DNA of 64,000 bases from Octopus sinensis (GCF_006345805.1 NC_042998.1:106764001-106828000), one strand, 5' to 3'. Counted from the first letter of the stretch, positions 1 through 16,125 are shown. The notes: generated by a model from the letters alone, not told the origin. Translations and numbers: made by a program.

Positions 1-674
1 CTATCAAATGACAATTCTTAAATGTTGAAATTTCAGTCACTGCCCACTTTCTCTTCCACACAGTTTGGTTGTGGAATAAGAACTTTGCTCTGTTTATCCA
101 TTTATTCAGCTCAGAAGCTAGTAAGGATCTCAGCTGATGAACCAATAATACTTGCTGGTTTAATTTTTTTTCTGTTCAGAGCATTAAAAACAACAAAAAA
201 GTCTATGAAAAAAATTTTAAAAGACATCAAGATCTACTTATTGTAGTTATTGCCAAACTATATTACAACTTCTTTCAAATCAAACTTAATTCTGGTTTGT
301 TTATTTTCATTCAATAAATTAAATTTATCATTCAAACAATGCAAATAACTTTTACTGTAGATATATAAATACTTAAAATTTAAAATTAAATAAAAAGAAA
401 CAAAATCTGTCGTAAGCCTTCTAGTTTTAAAAATTATGCTCAAATTAAAAGTAAGACAGTCAGATTTTTTTAATTGCTACCAAAAGCCTATACTTTTCTC
501 CTTTCATAAAAAACAAAAAACAAAAAAAAAAAATGTTGCCAATTTTCAAATATAAAACATGTAATAAGAGAGCTGTTGCTATAAACCCACAATGTTACTA
601 TCAGTTTAAGAAGTTTAATATTTTCAAAATTATTATTTGAACTCTTTCATTCATTTGATAAGATTAGACATTAG

Positions 675-875
675 TGACTCAGAATAAGATAACTGGACAG
701 AATGTCTTTCAGTATTTAGTTTCATCCTTCTGTATTTGGAATTCAAATCATGCTGGGATTGACTTTACTTTTATTTCTCCAAGAGTAATTAAAATAAGTA
801 TCAATCATGTACTGTGATTGACTTAATTTACTATATTCCTTCCCTGCAAAATTGTGGTCTACTACAAATGTAAAA
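675..875 (+). mobile_element. Highly degenerate SINE (family A, same family as 51200 and 62592)
   Basis: Residual motifs gaattcaaatc...gactttacttt...aaataagta align by eye to the intact copies; CpGs lost. Boundaries approximate. Confidence 0.5.
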
Positions 876-1954
876 CATCATTAGCTTTATAAAGTTGGCA
901 AAATTCTAAGCTCATTTTAAAAATTAGTTGGAATTTCATCTTTTTCCCTCACATTTTATATTTTAGTTTTTCACTGAAACTTGACAATCGACTACTGATT
1001 TGTAATTATGATTATCCTTTGGATCCAAGCCATTGTTCATCTTTGTATAGCATTCTTTAATTCATTTTCTACACATTTTTTATTCTCTTCTTGCCTCACA
1101 CTTGTCATAATGCTCTCTTTTTCTCTTTCTCATATGATGCTATTGACTGTCTCCCATATATTTTCCTACCTTTGTAAGTTAGCAGATATTACTGTTGAGA
1201 AAGCCTCATTAATTACTTAGTTTTATTTCTATCATTTCTTCAATACTTGTGTGATTAAACGTCGCTTATTTTTGTAAAATCACATTTGGAATTAGAAAAC
1301 ATTTCATTGGAAATGCATTAAAAGTTGGTTGTCTTATGTCACAGTATGGGATTATTTCTCTCATACAGAGCTTCAAACATTGATCCTTTCAAAGTCCCTA
1401 AAAAACCTGATCTGACCAAAAATATATCCATACTGGAGATGACATAGACATACATGTATTTATTTCATAGGTTCAAATTGGGAACATTGAATGCATTTAT
1501 TCCTGTTACTAGGTTTAAATGCTGGTCCAGACTACGGTAATAAATATACTGCTCAAAGAATATGTGAATATTAGACAAAAAGAAAGCTTTCAGACATGTG
1601 CTCCTGATTAAAAGTTACTTTCATTGATCTCTTTGTCATTTTGTAGTTTTATCAACGACATACTGCTAGAAGTATTATGAAAGATGCTGTTCAGTTATAT
1701 GTTAAGACGGTTCATAAGTTAGAATATTGATGAACTTCAAATATAAGCTGGAGTTGTGCAATCATTCTGCCTTCTCTCTCTCCATTGTCTTTCAAGGACC
1801 ATAGCTTCCTTACTTCTTATTTCTGTCAAAATAAAGCCCTCATAGATACTGTGATAGAAAGTTATTAATTATTTTTACCAATTTCAATCAACTTACTTTC
1901 TGTTCTTGGGTTTTCTTATTACTGTTATTGTTATTATTATGAGTACTTTCACGA

Positions 1955-2170
1955 GGGTGGTGTGAGGACTAAGACAGTAAGGCATTGGGCTAAATGCTTT
2001 ACAGCATAAAGTTTTGCCCCTTTTGGATCTGAATTCAAATCCCACCGGGGTTGACTTTGCCTTTCATCCTTCTTAGGTTGATAAAATAAGTACTGGTTAT
2101 ATTCTGGATCAATTCAGCCAACTGTATATCTCCCTTAAAAATTTGGCTGTGTGCCAAATCAAAAGAAATC
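1955..2170 (+). mobile_element. Degenerate SINE family A
   Basis: tctgaattcaaatcccaccggggttgactttgcctttcatcct...gataaaataagtac matches the core of intact copies. Confidence 0.6.
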
Positions 2171-5100
2171 AATTATATAGTATCATCAATATTAATAACA
2201 TTTCTTTTTAATGGATTACTGGCTTTTTGTTGGTAATTTGAGAAATTTTTACAAAGAGAAAACTAGTCTGCTTATCTAATATCTTTTCCGGTTCTGCCTT
2301 ACTCTTATTTAAATAACAAGCTAAATATACTTGGATATTTAATTATTTATTATTGGTTTCTTTTCTCTTTTCTTTTATTTTCTTTTTTTTTTGTTTTTGT
2401 TTTGGTGCTTTATTTATAGCTGATTTCATATTAAGTTTACTTAGAAACATTAGGCTCTTAATTATGAAGAAGCAAGGCATGTGAAAGAAATGTCAAATTT
2501 CTTGATTGGAAAACATATCTAAAGGAAGAGGAGGAGAAAATCTTTTTCAAGTGAAGAGTAATATTTTTAAAAGTCATATATTTCAAACGAAAAAATATAT
2601 ACGTATATCTATATAATATATCTTATAAAGATTTTTCTTTATCTTTTTTTTTTCTTTTAAGCTGTCCCATCTGAAAAAAAAATTAATATAAAAATTGCTG
2701 TGACTTATTCTCATTATCATTTGTCATTTAGTCACAACTAACAGTTCTTTACTGTGATAAACATTCTTAAATCTTTTGATGCTTCTGCTAGGGTGTCTTT
2801 GAACATGTTGACAAAGAATGAACAAAAATAGAATCAGTTAGAGGAGAATGTTTGAAAATTGGCTTTTGTTTCAAACAATCTCAGATTTTAAACATAGGGC
2901 ATCATTCTATCAGCCAGGGTATGTATAAAATAGAAAATTTATTGAACGACTGACTCTTATTTAGGCAGACTAAGCATTGTTCTTTCATGTTAGTAAGAAC
3001 AGAATTTTAGATGATACTAAAAATTTTACATGGTCAGCATGTAATTTCCCTTTATGCAGGCAAAACATATTATCAAATATAAGGGGGGGGGGGGGTGTTG
3101 TCATTAATATTTTTAACAATATATGTTACAAGTTTCCATCCAGTGTAGCATCAAGTTATTTACTTTATATTCTTTTTCTAAAAATTATTTGCCATCTTCA
3201 TTACTTCCTTTCTTTATAATTACCCATTACCTTACCCCCCTCCCCCCCCCAAAAAGAAAGAAAAAACTCAAAATTTATTCCTATTATTAGCCTTTATTAA
3301 AATTTTGCTGGAATGACATGTACAAAACATTGATATTTATATACCATTCTGGCTGCACCACTGCTATGAGGAATCTAATATAACCATTATTTCTCCACCC
3401 TGTTTATCTTCGACCTCTTCTTTAAAAAAAAAAAAGCATTTCCTGCCTTGCTTACATGGGATAATGTGAAGCCTACTTTCTTCCAACAGCAACACCACCA
3501 CTCCTCAACCCCATCACACCTGCAATACCAACGACAATAATAATAGCAGTCCTGTTGCTCATTTAAAAGTGAAAGTGCTTTAAATACGGTAATTGAATTT
3601 TAAAAAGAAAAATATTGGATGCATTTGAGTATGTGTGTATGTTTATGTATCTATATGTAATACAGACATAGACACACTTATGTATCTATATGTAATACAG
3701 ACATAGACACACTTAACTGTGGCTATGAAATATAGATATGCCAATTAGGGATTAGATAGTTTGAAGAAAAGACCTGATTTGATCATTTCTGCTGTTTTTA
3801 CTACATATTAAAATTCCCCAGTGTTGTAGGAAATACTACTAGCCTTTGATTTTATTACAAACAAGAATGACTTTGGAGTAAGATTTTGGTTTGGAGAATT
3901 ATTATAGTCAGTTATTCGGAGCTTACTGAAGAATGAAAGACAAAAGTTTGCAAGTTCTGATTGTTCAATCTGACTTTGTCTTCAAAATCTCGAACACTTC
4001 ATATTGTACTAGTTCCACTGTTCACTATCACTGTTATAATTGTTCCAAAACAAAGTATGTTCTATTTTAATTGTTTTAATTTTTAACTGTTTGGTTTCAC
4101 TGAACTTCTTAATATATGTAGTTAAGTTTTAATTTCTTTTTTTTTTCCCTTCAAACTCATGTTTGAACAAGAAAAATACATAGAAAAGAACTCTATCAAA
4201 AAACAAAAGATATAATCTTATACATATGCAAACTCATACACATTGTCGCTGTTTGTTGTTTTGTATGATTATTATTGTGCCAAAAGCATAAATTCTTGGC
4301 CAAGGAAAACTTGTCTAATTACAACAATTGATAGCAGTTATTTCTATGACTATATATTGAAACAAATTATTTAAAAATATATAATGGAAACAATGAGAAT
4401 GATATTTACTGAAAAAACATTTCAAACAATTAAAATGATCAGTTTCATAACTCGTTCCCTCCTTAACTTGTTGCACTGCCATAAAGGGGTATGTGAGCAG
4501 TCATAACTATATTCAAAACTTCTGGATTGGGATAGACTTCTGCCCCTGCTAGTCTAAAAAAAAAAAAAAGAAAGAAAGAAAGAGAAAAGGCCAAACCATA
4601 ATAAACATCTTGCAAAAATAAAAACAAAATTAAACCTATTACCTGGATGGTTGGATGGATATGTAGCTATTGAAAGCAAAATACTTGTTACTAAACATAT
4701 CTGGTTTTGGTGTATGTGTGTGCTTTGTTTGTAATTTTCTTTAGAAATTATATGAAACAATTAGTATTTAGGCTTATATTTCATTACATCACATACTACA
4801 TACTGTTTGGCAAGTGTCATATTTAAACTACTCAGTATTTATGATAATACCTGTTTTTCAAAAGCGTTTTCTGTTACAAATTGTTTCTGCTTATGCTGCA
4901 TTTACTCCAATTCTGTTCTTTGTATATTTTTTTCTTAATTTATTATATGTTTCTGTGTATACATACATATAACTGTGGTTTTCTATTTGTGCGTGTGTGT
5001 GTGTGCTATTAAGATATACCGTCTAGAACCTTCCCCTCCCCCACTTCAAATCCACTAGAATGGGGAACATTAGATTATGGTTCAGTTGTGTATTAATAGA

Positions 5101-7247
5101 TTATTAAGAAAGTTTTGAGTGTCAAACAGTTTAAGTTTTAATATGTAATGGAGGTTTTGATTAACCTATTTTAAATGTGAGTATATGAACAATATTATAG
5201 CACATATCATTTTGAAACTTTCTGTATCTTCTAGTTTAGAAGGACAGTAATATTCAGTAATAATGCATATATATACACACACATGTATGTATAGATAGAT
5301 AGATATCTTGTCTTTCTTCCTCTTGTATTATTAAGTCTAGATAATTTAATATAATCTTCAAATTACTATCATATGAATCTTTTTCAAATATAATTCAAAT
5401 CACATCCAGATGTTCAAGTGCTATTGACTGTAAGCATTCAAAGCTTCCCACTGCAGTACATTTGTTTATATGCCTTTATATATGAGGTTTTGTTCTGGAC
5501 TTTAAGAAAGCTGTGACTATTTCATAGTACATCTTGGTGAATTTTGAATCCAGCTCTTGTGTATGCTTCACATATATATGTTTATCTTCTTTTACTTTGT
5601 TTTGTATAAATATTTCTTATGATGATAACAACATCTATTTGTATTAATAATGGGTTCATCAGCCGAAAATTATGTGAAGCGAGACTACAAATTTAACTTA
5701 ATATCTAAACATTCTGGTGCTTGCTTTTTTTATAAATAATACTTACATAAATAAGCAGGCAAGATAATAATCTTCAGTTAAATCTTATTATAAAGGCTAA
5801 ACAACCAGTAGTAACACAATGACTTTGTGATCCTTTTGTTTAATTTGCTACTCATATGTATTTGTTAATCTGATATCTATTGACATATCTTTCATTTTTT
5901 AACTAAATTAGTGAATAAAATTACTAAGAACAAGAAAATAATTGAATGTAGAATTTTGTATTCCAAAGAAGAATACTGTGTAGGAGAATAAAAATAAGAC
6001 ATATTATATCTTTTTGGTTCATATGTTGAAGATTGAAATTAAAACTCTACATCTGGCATAAGTTCTCTATAAATAATTTCTTGCTGTCTTTCACCTTCTT
6101 CTCCCTGTTTCTGTTTTCTTTTTTGGAGTAAGTTCCAGTACTACTAAGCTTGTCAACTCCACTTCAAATTTTAATTCTGTTGACACTGTCATGCTATCCC
6201 AAGCATTTCAAAGTAACATATCTTGAAATATCTGAGTATTGGGAAGTATTTTTCATCTTTTCCCTCTCAACAATAATATTTGATCAGATTACTCAAATCT
6301 AAAATACTTCAAACTTGTGAACACAAATCTTAACAATTAACTGAATTACTTCAAGATACTGATCTAGTCAATGCTTATATTTTGATTACTGGCTTGAATG
6401 ATTAAAATAATCTTCATTTGAGGCAATGATAATAATTAAATTTGTATTAAGCTCATCTTTTGCACACATTGTTCTAGTTGGGAAATTACTTTTATTGACT
6501 AGATTTCTTCAACAACATCACTGGGTGTGAAAAGAAATAAATATTTTGAACCTATAAGGTATATTTTGCTTTTAGTTCTTAATAGTTATATATATATGTA
6601 TGTGTATATATATATATATATGCATATATGTATGTATTGTCTATCTGAAATAAATGATCCTTCTTATCCTTGAATAGTTAGTTACTTGTTTAGTTATTTA
6701 GCCCACACCATTATTTTATTAGCATGTGCATTCAGGAAAATGAAAGACAATTGCATACATCTTGACTTAAAAACATGTTTCTTTTTTTTTTTTCTTTGTA
6801 TTTTATATTCTCCTACCTCAATGATATAGACTGATTGTCCCTACATAAAAAGTTTGGAAATTTAACATGGAACTGTTTTGTATGGAGCTGTTTTCTCTTA
6901 GTTGGGAGATTTATGTAAAGTTGATAGGCTGGAAGAAAATATAAATTAACAAAATACTCTAAAAAAATCAATTAAAAATATTCTGTAAATGATGGTGAAT
7001 TGTTACTAAATCCTTCCAAAATTGAATATATCTTTTTTTTTCCTTCTTTTTAAAGTTGAAATTGTCCATTGTATGCGTGTGTATTTATAGATGTTACAGG
7101 CGTGTATAAGTGGTATGGTTTTGTTAGTTATCACTTTGAATATTGATTTCTAAGCACAAGCCTTATGAAAACATAAAATGCAAATTAGATGATTTTAAAA
7201 ATGCACTTCCTATTGTGTGTTTTTATAGCATTTTTGTGATGATTCAG

Positions 7248-7335
7248 ATACTCTTTTTGCCGGATGATGCTCTTCAACTTGAAAGTTGTTGTGGGTGTTC
7301 TTTCAAAGACATTTTTGACTCCAATTCATATGAAA
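7248..7335 (+). CDS. Candidate internal coding exon, ILFLPDDALQLESCCGCSFKDIFDSNSYE, protein not recognised
   Basis: Acceptor atttttgtgatgattcag, donor gtatgc, open frame inside ORF 7143-7385. No homology recognised. Confidence 0.25.
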
Positions 7336-10300
7336 GTATGCTTTTAGCAGTGTATTTCTGTTTGGTTGTTTCTTTTGATAAGTGAATTTTTATGGAGATT
7401 GTTCCTTATATTTTTTCAAGAAATGAGATTTGCTCCAAGGCAGTAATAAAAACTGTATCAATGTCAACAATTTATAATTTACTATTACAATCTGAGCTAG
7501 CTGGTTTAATTTGTATTGAAAAGAAGCATCTTTTTCTTACTATAAATATCCCTTAGATGTTATTTTGTTGCCTTTTTTTAATTCAGTTAGAAAACAAAAT
7601 GTTTTTTACTGTTTTGAATCTAATGAAAATACTAAGTTTAAAAACTTGAAAAAACTCCTAAGTAAATTAAGCTCATTAAGATCCTTTGTAGTCAGTTGCT
7701 GTGGGTTTTTATCATTTTTTTAAATCATTATATAATTTTTTCTACCTTCTTATTAGTGTATCAGATATTGTTTATTAGTTTGCTTCTGAACACGTCTTTC
7801 CTATTTTTTTTCATTTTTCCCTCTAACATATTGTTCATAAACCTTAAATTTGAATATTATAACAAAGATCAAAAGTAAACTTTGATTAGCTTTTTTAGCT
7901 GCACCATTCTGTCTTTATAGCGGGATATGCTGTTCTAAAATATATGATGACATTGAACATGTAGCCCTTGTTTTAAAGACAGTGAGGAATTCATTGTAGA
8001 TTTAACTATTAAATCAGTTAGTGTCTGTACAGGAACTCCTTGTTTATTCCATAACTTAGCTAAATATAATCATGTCTGCAAATCATCTTGCATATGTGAC
8101 AGTCAATTTATTTTAAGTATCTATACCTATTTCCTCTTCACTCTAACTTCCTATCTGAAAAAGCTTTATAAAATAAGTATTAAAATAGTTGACAGATTTA
8201 TTTGAAAACCCTTTAGCTAAGCTAAATATTACACATTCCATTTTTGCTATTAATGTTTGTGTTCTCGTTCAATATATATTTCCTTATTAACTATCTTTAA
8301 TCTCAAGTTTGCTGAAATTCTTAATATAGAAAAATTTCCAGATTCCTAAAATCTATCAGTATAAGAAATTATTCTGTTTCAAATTATTATTTAAAGAAGT
8401 AAATTATTCCTTTTTTTTTTTTTTTTTGCAACCTCGTAAATGATATACACTTGTACCATTTACTTTTTCCAAATATTTTTTATAATGTTTTTTTTTTTTG
8501 TTGAGGTTTATATAAAACTTAAACAGTTTTTAAACTGTTGAACGACTTGTAAGATGAACCTGCCAATATGTGTATTTAAACAGCAGTATATCCTAGTCCA
8601 TGCTAACATTAAGAATGCAATTAACCAAGAAAATTGTAAATTCTGTGATGTATTAAAGAAACAGCAGTAGATTTACATTTTTGTGGCTTGTCATTGTGAA
8701 CATAAAGTGGATTGCAAGATATTTTTGTATTTTAACAATAGTTAGTGTCTCCATCATACAGCTTATTCTTTCATGGAATTTCCAAATTTGATTAGTAATC
8801 AATGGAGCTTGTTCTCATGTTTTTTTTATTTTTCATTTTATGTTCTTGTTTATTATTTTCTAATCTTTTATTTGTTATTGCTTTTGTGTCTTGCGCTGAA
8901 TACACTGATGCCTTTCTTAAGGAAACAACCTTCTTACCAAATTCTTGCCGTCTTTACTGAGAGAAAAAAAAATAGTTATTAACTTTAATAAAAATAGAAT
9001 ATAATAATGAACAATAAACATATTTGCACAAGAAACCATTCCATATTTATCAAGTGACCATTCTGCTTCTTGGTATTCTTTGCTTAAAGCAATGTTTATT
9101 TCTCTAATTAACCAGAAGTTAAAAAAATAGTTTTGTGTGAGCCTAGCTTCTGGATACTTATGAAACGAACTAGCTACTACCAGTTTTAAAAATAACTATT
9201 TATCTTTAAATTAGTTTTGTTCTTTCAAGCTACTTAGCCAAAAGATCACCATCATAATACTGAAGGTTGGTGAATATCAGTAGCACTTTTGAAATACTAA
9301 AATATTTAGATATCTCCAAACTATATAATATAAAGAAAGCAAGAAAAAAAATCTAATGTTCTATTTGAAGGTGCCCCACTCCCTCCTCTGCATTCTTTGT
9401 GAATATTTGAATATCCAGAACCATATGGTGCTGTGAATCTCAGGGATACTCTGAACAGCAAGAAGGCAGAATGTACTGGTATTATATAAATCAATTGTTG
9501 AAGAACATCATCATTATTTGTAATCAAAGTACTTACACATACCAATCCTATTCTATGGTACAAATACATGTTTCTGTGTACATTTGAATCTAAATAAACT
9601 TTTGACAAATAGATGGTTTTAACATTAGAAAAAAGCTTTACCTCTGCAAATTACTAAAAACAAAACAAAAAAAAAAAAATTCATAGTGCCCTTCATGGTG
9701 CTAATACCATCTAAACATTTCTCTCCCTTCTAATTCCTCTCCCTCCGGCACTTCCCTCCATTTAACCTGTTCACATATACTACCAATGCTGCTGGTGCAT
9801 ATAGAAGGGAGATGCAGAGCATTTTAATGTTCTTTCACAAAATGTGTATCTTATAGAACTGCTGAGGAAATACTGTGAACTGTAATAGAAACCTGTCTTG
9901 TGAATTCTCCTCACACAATAGATGCACACGGGTAAAATTACAAAATGTCTGTACCAAGCATGCTTATATGTATGCATGTGTGTCAGCTACAATCAATCAC
10001 TCTCTAGACCTTTTTTGTCTTTTGCAATCAATTGGTTTAATAAAAATGTATAAAAAAAAAAGAGAGAAAGAAGAGGTAAAAAAAATTATTGGACTATGTC
10101 ACTAGTTATGGGTATACATTTGTAGCCTATTAAGTCTTTGCCTATAAACATTTCTTAACTCAGCACCATTTTTTCTATTCATTATTCGTAGCTAGTTGAC
10201 ACTCCTGGAATGATGTTTTTTAATGTATCAAATTGTGAGTTATTGAAAATTGAATGACTGTTAGCTTTACTGAGTAAGGAAAAAAAGAATATGTTAATAC

Positions 10301-13300
10301 ATTTTAGTACATTAAACTGAGGATAATAATCATCTCCTCTTGCTGACATCCTAGTTGCTCTTAGTTCTAAAGTGATATTTTGATATTTCTATGTGTAACA
10401 ATCTAAGTAAATTTGTATGTGTGTGTATATATGTATGTATGTAAGTATATATATGCTTATATACAAATATGTCTATATGTATACATATACACAAATATGT
10501 ATGTTTTCAAATAATACATATGTATATATATATATACATACACATACATGCCACATACATACAAACACACAAACACAAGTTTGTTGCTATATATTTGGTC
10601 ATTACCTGTGGTTGACCTTTTGGAAATGTATAGAATTATCCTGAATCAGGCTATGATTGTTTTTAAAAATATCTTATATTTTATGTCTCACATATACACA
10701 CAGGTGCATACTCACATAAATATTTCATGTTTTGGTTTAATAACTATAATTTTATCATATCGACTCGTGACCATTTTCATAGATTTCCAAGCTATTTCCA
10801 CACTACCAGACTCCCCTTGTATATAAACAAAAGGGAAGAAAGCCTTGTTAATATGTCTTGAAATTTTGGAGCCATAACTACAAATATGTTGTTAATTGTT
10901 GTCTTGTTTAACTAGTTATAGAATGCTATTGGTTTGAATAATTTCAATATTGGTAAAAGTTTTGTGCAAATATATATATATATATCTATATATATATATA
11001 AAACAATGATAATAATAAACTAACTGTAACTCTTCTGCTAAACTAGCTAAATTGCTAACAGCTGGAAGAATTTCTCTTGTCTAAAGATGAGAATATTTAA
11101 AATTAATTTTCAATTCTTTCTTCTCTTTCCCTTACTGCTCCAATGTCACCTCCAGCCTGACCCATCTTGTTATGTTTTTATCTAGTCAAAACCATCTTGC
11201 CTGCTAATATGAATCCATATTAATGAATTCCTGTTCCTCTCCACAGTTGTTAGTTCCAAATACAACTTCTTTGCTTTAAGGAAAAAAAAAACTGAAAATC
11301 CTGTCCACCTCTAGATTAACTCGATTATGCATTCCTCTTGTGATCTTTGGTCATTTCAATTGTGTGTGTGTGTATATATATGCGTGTATGTGTGTGTGTG
11401 TGTATATACGCACATTCACATATATTTAGCACACAAACATGCATGCACACATAAGCCCCATGAACAATTGATTTAATTGGGGGTAGAAACTTATCAGTAG
11501 GATGCTAGTGGAACATATTATGCAAGCACACTCTAAATTGCAAAAACAAACTATAAACTCTGGAAAATAAATCCTACGGTAGAGAAAATGACTGTTCTGT
11601 TCAGGTTTTTAATATTGGTTGGGGATACTAGTCACTGATATCATTGATCCCGATGTGATTGCTTATGATTAGGAAAAGCAAAAAAAAAAAGATAAATTAA
11701 ACACAAGAAAAATTTTTAAAAATAAAAAAAATCAACCGAAGATGTCTTAATGAAACTACTGGATATACAACTTTTATCTGCTATATATGTGCATTCCTGC
11801 ACATCTGTATGTCACAGACTCTGTTTTTGTTGATGAAGCTATTTGATGCATTTTATATCAAGTGATGTAGTGAATGCAAGGCTGCTGGTTTAAATATTTG
11901 CTTGTGCTTCCAAAAGCATTAATGAATCTACTTGACCAGCCACATACTTAAGAGGTTATACAGAAATTTTATACTATCCTTCAACTTGCATAATGAAACG
12001 AAAAAAAATGTGCCCACAAAAGAGAAAGCTTGTCTATTTGCTGTAAAATTGTCTATCAACTGCCCTACTATGTTACTCCATGGCTGCTTCTTCTATTCAC
12101 ATAGTAGATTCCAAACTACCTGCTATTAATTTGGGCTCATTTTGGTAATACCTCTTTATAGCCTTCCGGGAACGGGGATATGAAAACGTTAAGAGAATAT
12201 TAAGCAGTGTAATTAATTAGCAAGCTATTAATTTGGTTGTCATTCACAAGAAGTTTGTGTATACATGTGTGCTATATGAAATTGCTGCACATACATAAAC
12301 ATATAGAAATACATCAATGCTTAAATAGATTCATATACATAGTTATGAATGTGCATATGGTCTTATATATATATATGTATATATGTATAATTTCCATCCA
12401 TGCTTGCATCTACATATAAACACATATATCACTACATTCATTTAGTGAAAATAATCTTAATTAAGCTGGCACTGCTTAAATGCAGGTAGCATCAGTTTAT
12501 TATTTTTATTTATAGACTAGTATTACTTCTTCAAGATGAAAAAAGCAAAAATTCCCAAATGTTTATCAACTTGGAAAAGAAGTTCTAGTCTAGTCTTTTA
12601 TTTATTTTTTAATAATAAGGAGGAAGAGGAGGGAGCTTTATTGAATTTCACAATTCCTGCCATGCTTTGGGTGATAGAGTATATACTAAAAATTATTTTT
12701 TGTTTTACTATTCTACCAATGTTCCTGTTAGTTGACCAATTGAGATAACTATCTGCTGATGATGTTGGGCTGCACTTTTTTCCTTTTTTTTTTACATTTC
12801 CTTTGTAATCTATTCAAAATTTTATTTGTAATTTTTTTCTTTCAAGCATCTCTTGTAAATCCCCTTCTTTGCTCTCTTATTACACATACAGCATCATATA
12901 GACATATGTACTAGCACACGCATGCACACACACACACACACACGCATGCACGAAGTTAAATTTGTTATGCTACTCAGGATAAAAAAGTACTACTCATTGT
13001 TATGTAAAAACAAAATCTGCCCCGCTTATCAATATTTTATTTGGTTTTCTTTTTTAAATTTGTTTTCTTGTTTATTATAAAAAAAATTTTTTTTCCTCTT
13101 ATATTTGTTTCCTATTACTGTATTTTCTTTTTTTTTTCTTGTTGTTTTAACCTTTTTAATTATTAATCAAGCATGGCACTATTATGCATCTATTTTGCTG
13201 GCTCTTTCCCTTTCTTTTGGTGGTTCTGTTTTCAAAATACAACTGCAAAAGAAATCCAGCATGGATCCATGCATCTACAGATAAATCAACTGCTGTGCTA

Positions 13301-15132
13301 AATTATAAGCTAAGTTTTTTTGTTTTTGTTTTTCTATGCATATGAAATAGGAGCATTATTATCATCATTTTTTAAAAATCTTATCTGGGGGAAGCTATTC
13401 AAACAACACTACCAATCTTTTTCTCTCTCTTTCTCTTTCTCTCTCTCTTTTATAAATAAAATTTATCAAGAAATGGTGCAAAACAAAGATGTCAGGAAGA
13501 AAACTAAAAATCGATGAACAAACATGAAATCTAGAGGGATTTTATGTATTACGAAAGACAAAGAAATTAATGAAACAAAAGAGCCAGTCAACGAAGTTTT
13601 CTTCATTATCATTTATAAACTCACGGGAAAACTATTTTAATATTTTTTTTTTATCTTGTCCATTATTGGTTTTGGGACCTTACTTTTGTGTTGAGGGACA
13701 GGTCAGTGTATATAACTTCTGCTTTCTAGATAAATTGTTAATGTTTTGATTCTAATGCTAAATAATATAGAGTGAATCACCTTGTCATCTTGTGGTCAAA
13801 ACATACACAGTTAAAGAATTTCTTTAATCAATTGACCTTCATTTGTATTATTATTTTTATCATTATTAATATTATGGTTAATATTATTTATTTATTTTTA
13901 AAAATCATTTGGTCAGTGATTCTAAGATTATATAATTAAATAATGTGATGCCTGCTTGTTTTACTGGAAAATAACTAACACTATACGAGCATTATAAAAA
14001 TGTCATTCATAATTTTTATTTATTTATTTTCAATTATTTTATAAATCAAAATTTCAATATAGTTATCCTGTCTTAAAAATAAATATTGAATGAACTACCA
14101 GATCTTAGTAAGTAATATTTGGTTGGTCATTCCAACATTAGGTATTAAAAAAAAGTAAAAATATTTTAAAAAATAAAATGAAAAAAAAAAAAGAAAAACA
14201 AAACCCAACAAAAAAATAACAACAAAAGAAAGGCTGCTCAGCTTTTAGGACTTATAATTGGAAGTTAGTTGGATGTTTCTTGCCTTTCTGAAGATGGTTG
14301 TGAAAATGGCTTACTACATCTATGTGCTCTAGTACTACACTACTTTGTTGACTTTTTATTAAAAAAATTAAAAAATTAAAAAAAAATAACTATTGTTTAA
14401 ATCCTAACACTATTTGTTTACAAAACAAAATGCCTCTGAGCTTTATTCACACTGGGACTGCATCTAAAAAAAATTATATGATTGAACAACAGGAAAAAAA
14501 AACACTTAAAAAAAAATATAAGAAAAAAGTTGTGATATATTTGCTTTAACCAAACATGCTTAAAACTGGATAAGGCATTTGAATATTTATCACATTCCAT
14601 GACTATTGCTCTTATGTTGCCAACAAGTAGGTCTTCAAGTGATAATGTTATGATGCTAAACTTTTTGTCTGAGAGCAACTGGTGTACTTAATTTACTCAC
14701 ATAAACATGTTTAATATATATATATATGTATATATATATTGTACATGCAGTGCATGTCATTTGTGAGTTTAATGTGTGTGGGTGTATGTGTTTCCTTTGT
14801 ACTTGTACTGCAATCTGACAAGATGAATTTCTTTCTAGAAAGCAGTAAAACCTTGGCTGTCAAATTATCCCTGCCCCTCCCACTAGAACCCCAATTCCTT
14901 TCTGTTGTTGAATATACTTGTAACATATCCTATTTGATTGTGTCGTAATGTACCTTTTTGCCTTAAAAAAAAATACATATACATATTTTAGTTTTTGGTT
15001 TATTAAGCATGAGTTAGTTTCGTATTGAATTCATGTTCTGATGTATTTTTAAAATTAATATTTTAGATCACTTAGAAAGGACTTGAAACGAAAAATTTTA
15101 TTTGCTCTTCAGTAATGTAGTTCCTAAATGCA

Positions 15133-15165
<33 letters not shown>

Positions 15166-15183
15166 TATCATCATTATTATTAT

Positions 15184-15395
15184 TAAGTGGTGAGCTGGCA
15201 GAATCGTTAGCATGCCAGGCAAAATGCTTAGTGACATTTCATCCGTCTTTACATTCTGAGTTCAAATTCCACCAAGGTCGACTTTGCCTTTCAACCTTTT
15301 AGGGTCGATGAAATAAGTACCAGTTGGACACTGGGGTTGATCTAATTGACTTACCCCTTCCCCTAAAACTGCTGGCATTGTGCCAAAATTTGAAA
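15184..15395 (+). mobile_element. SINE family A with CpG decay
   Basis: aagtggtgagctggcagaatcgttagcatgccaggcaaaatgcttag...gagttcaaattccaccaaggtcgactttgcctttc; flanked by (ATT)n. Confidence 0.8.
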
Positions 15396-15880
15396 CCATT
15401 ATCATTATTATTATGAATATTATTATTATTATTATTATTATTATTGAACACATTGGTTGAGTCATAATGTAGTTGATGTCTGATTCATGGGCTATAAGTT
15501 TATATTCCATCGCACATTCTGCTTTGTGTTCCTTTGGCAAAATGCTTTAACTAAATTGAAATTGCCTTGCCAAAAATGACTCTATACATAATTAACAAAT
15601 TATCATTATATTTAGTGTTGTTGTCATTGTTAGTTTAGTTTTGTTCCCTTTTTTTTTTTCTCCATTTTAACGTGCTTTGACTTTTCAACTGTAAATGTAC
15701 AATAATCGCTTTCAATATTATTATTATTATTATTATTACTATTATTTTGCATTATGTATGTAGCTGTGAGCATGATTCAAGTCTCAATATGTTTTGTGTA
15801 TTGGTCAGAGGTAAATCCTTGAGTGATTGTGTAAGCTTAGATATACTGCTTTAATAAAGCAATTAGTTGTGTGTGCTTGC

Positions 15881-15914
15881 TTATATACACACACATACAT
15901 ACATACATATATAT

Positions 15915-15958
<44 letters not shown>

Positions 15959-16125
15959 GCATATATATTTATATATGCATATATATATATATACATGCAT
16001 ATATATACATATATATTTATATATGCATATATATACATATATATGCATATATATATATATATATATATACATATATATATTCATGCATATATATATATAT
16101 GTGTGTGTGTCCATATACATAATTG
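15881..16125. repeat. Compound (AC)/(ATAC)/(AT) microsatellite
   Basis: Seen directly; explains the overlapping YIYI-type ORFs. Confidence 0.95.

Noticed and set aside
1647-1730. Exon candidate FYQRHTARSIMKDAVQLYVKTVHKLEY* and similar short frames at 180, 2450, 3900, 5650, 22100 and 43530
   Set aside because: Each has only one good splice site or no recognisable homology; frames of 20-35 codons arise by chance here.
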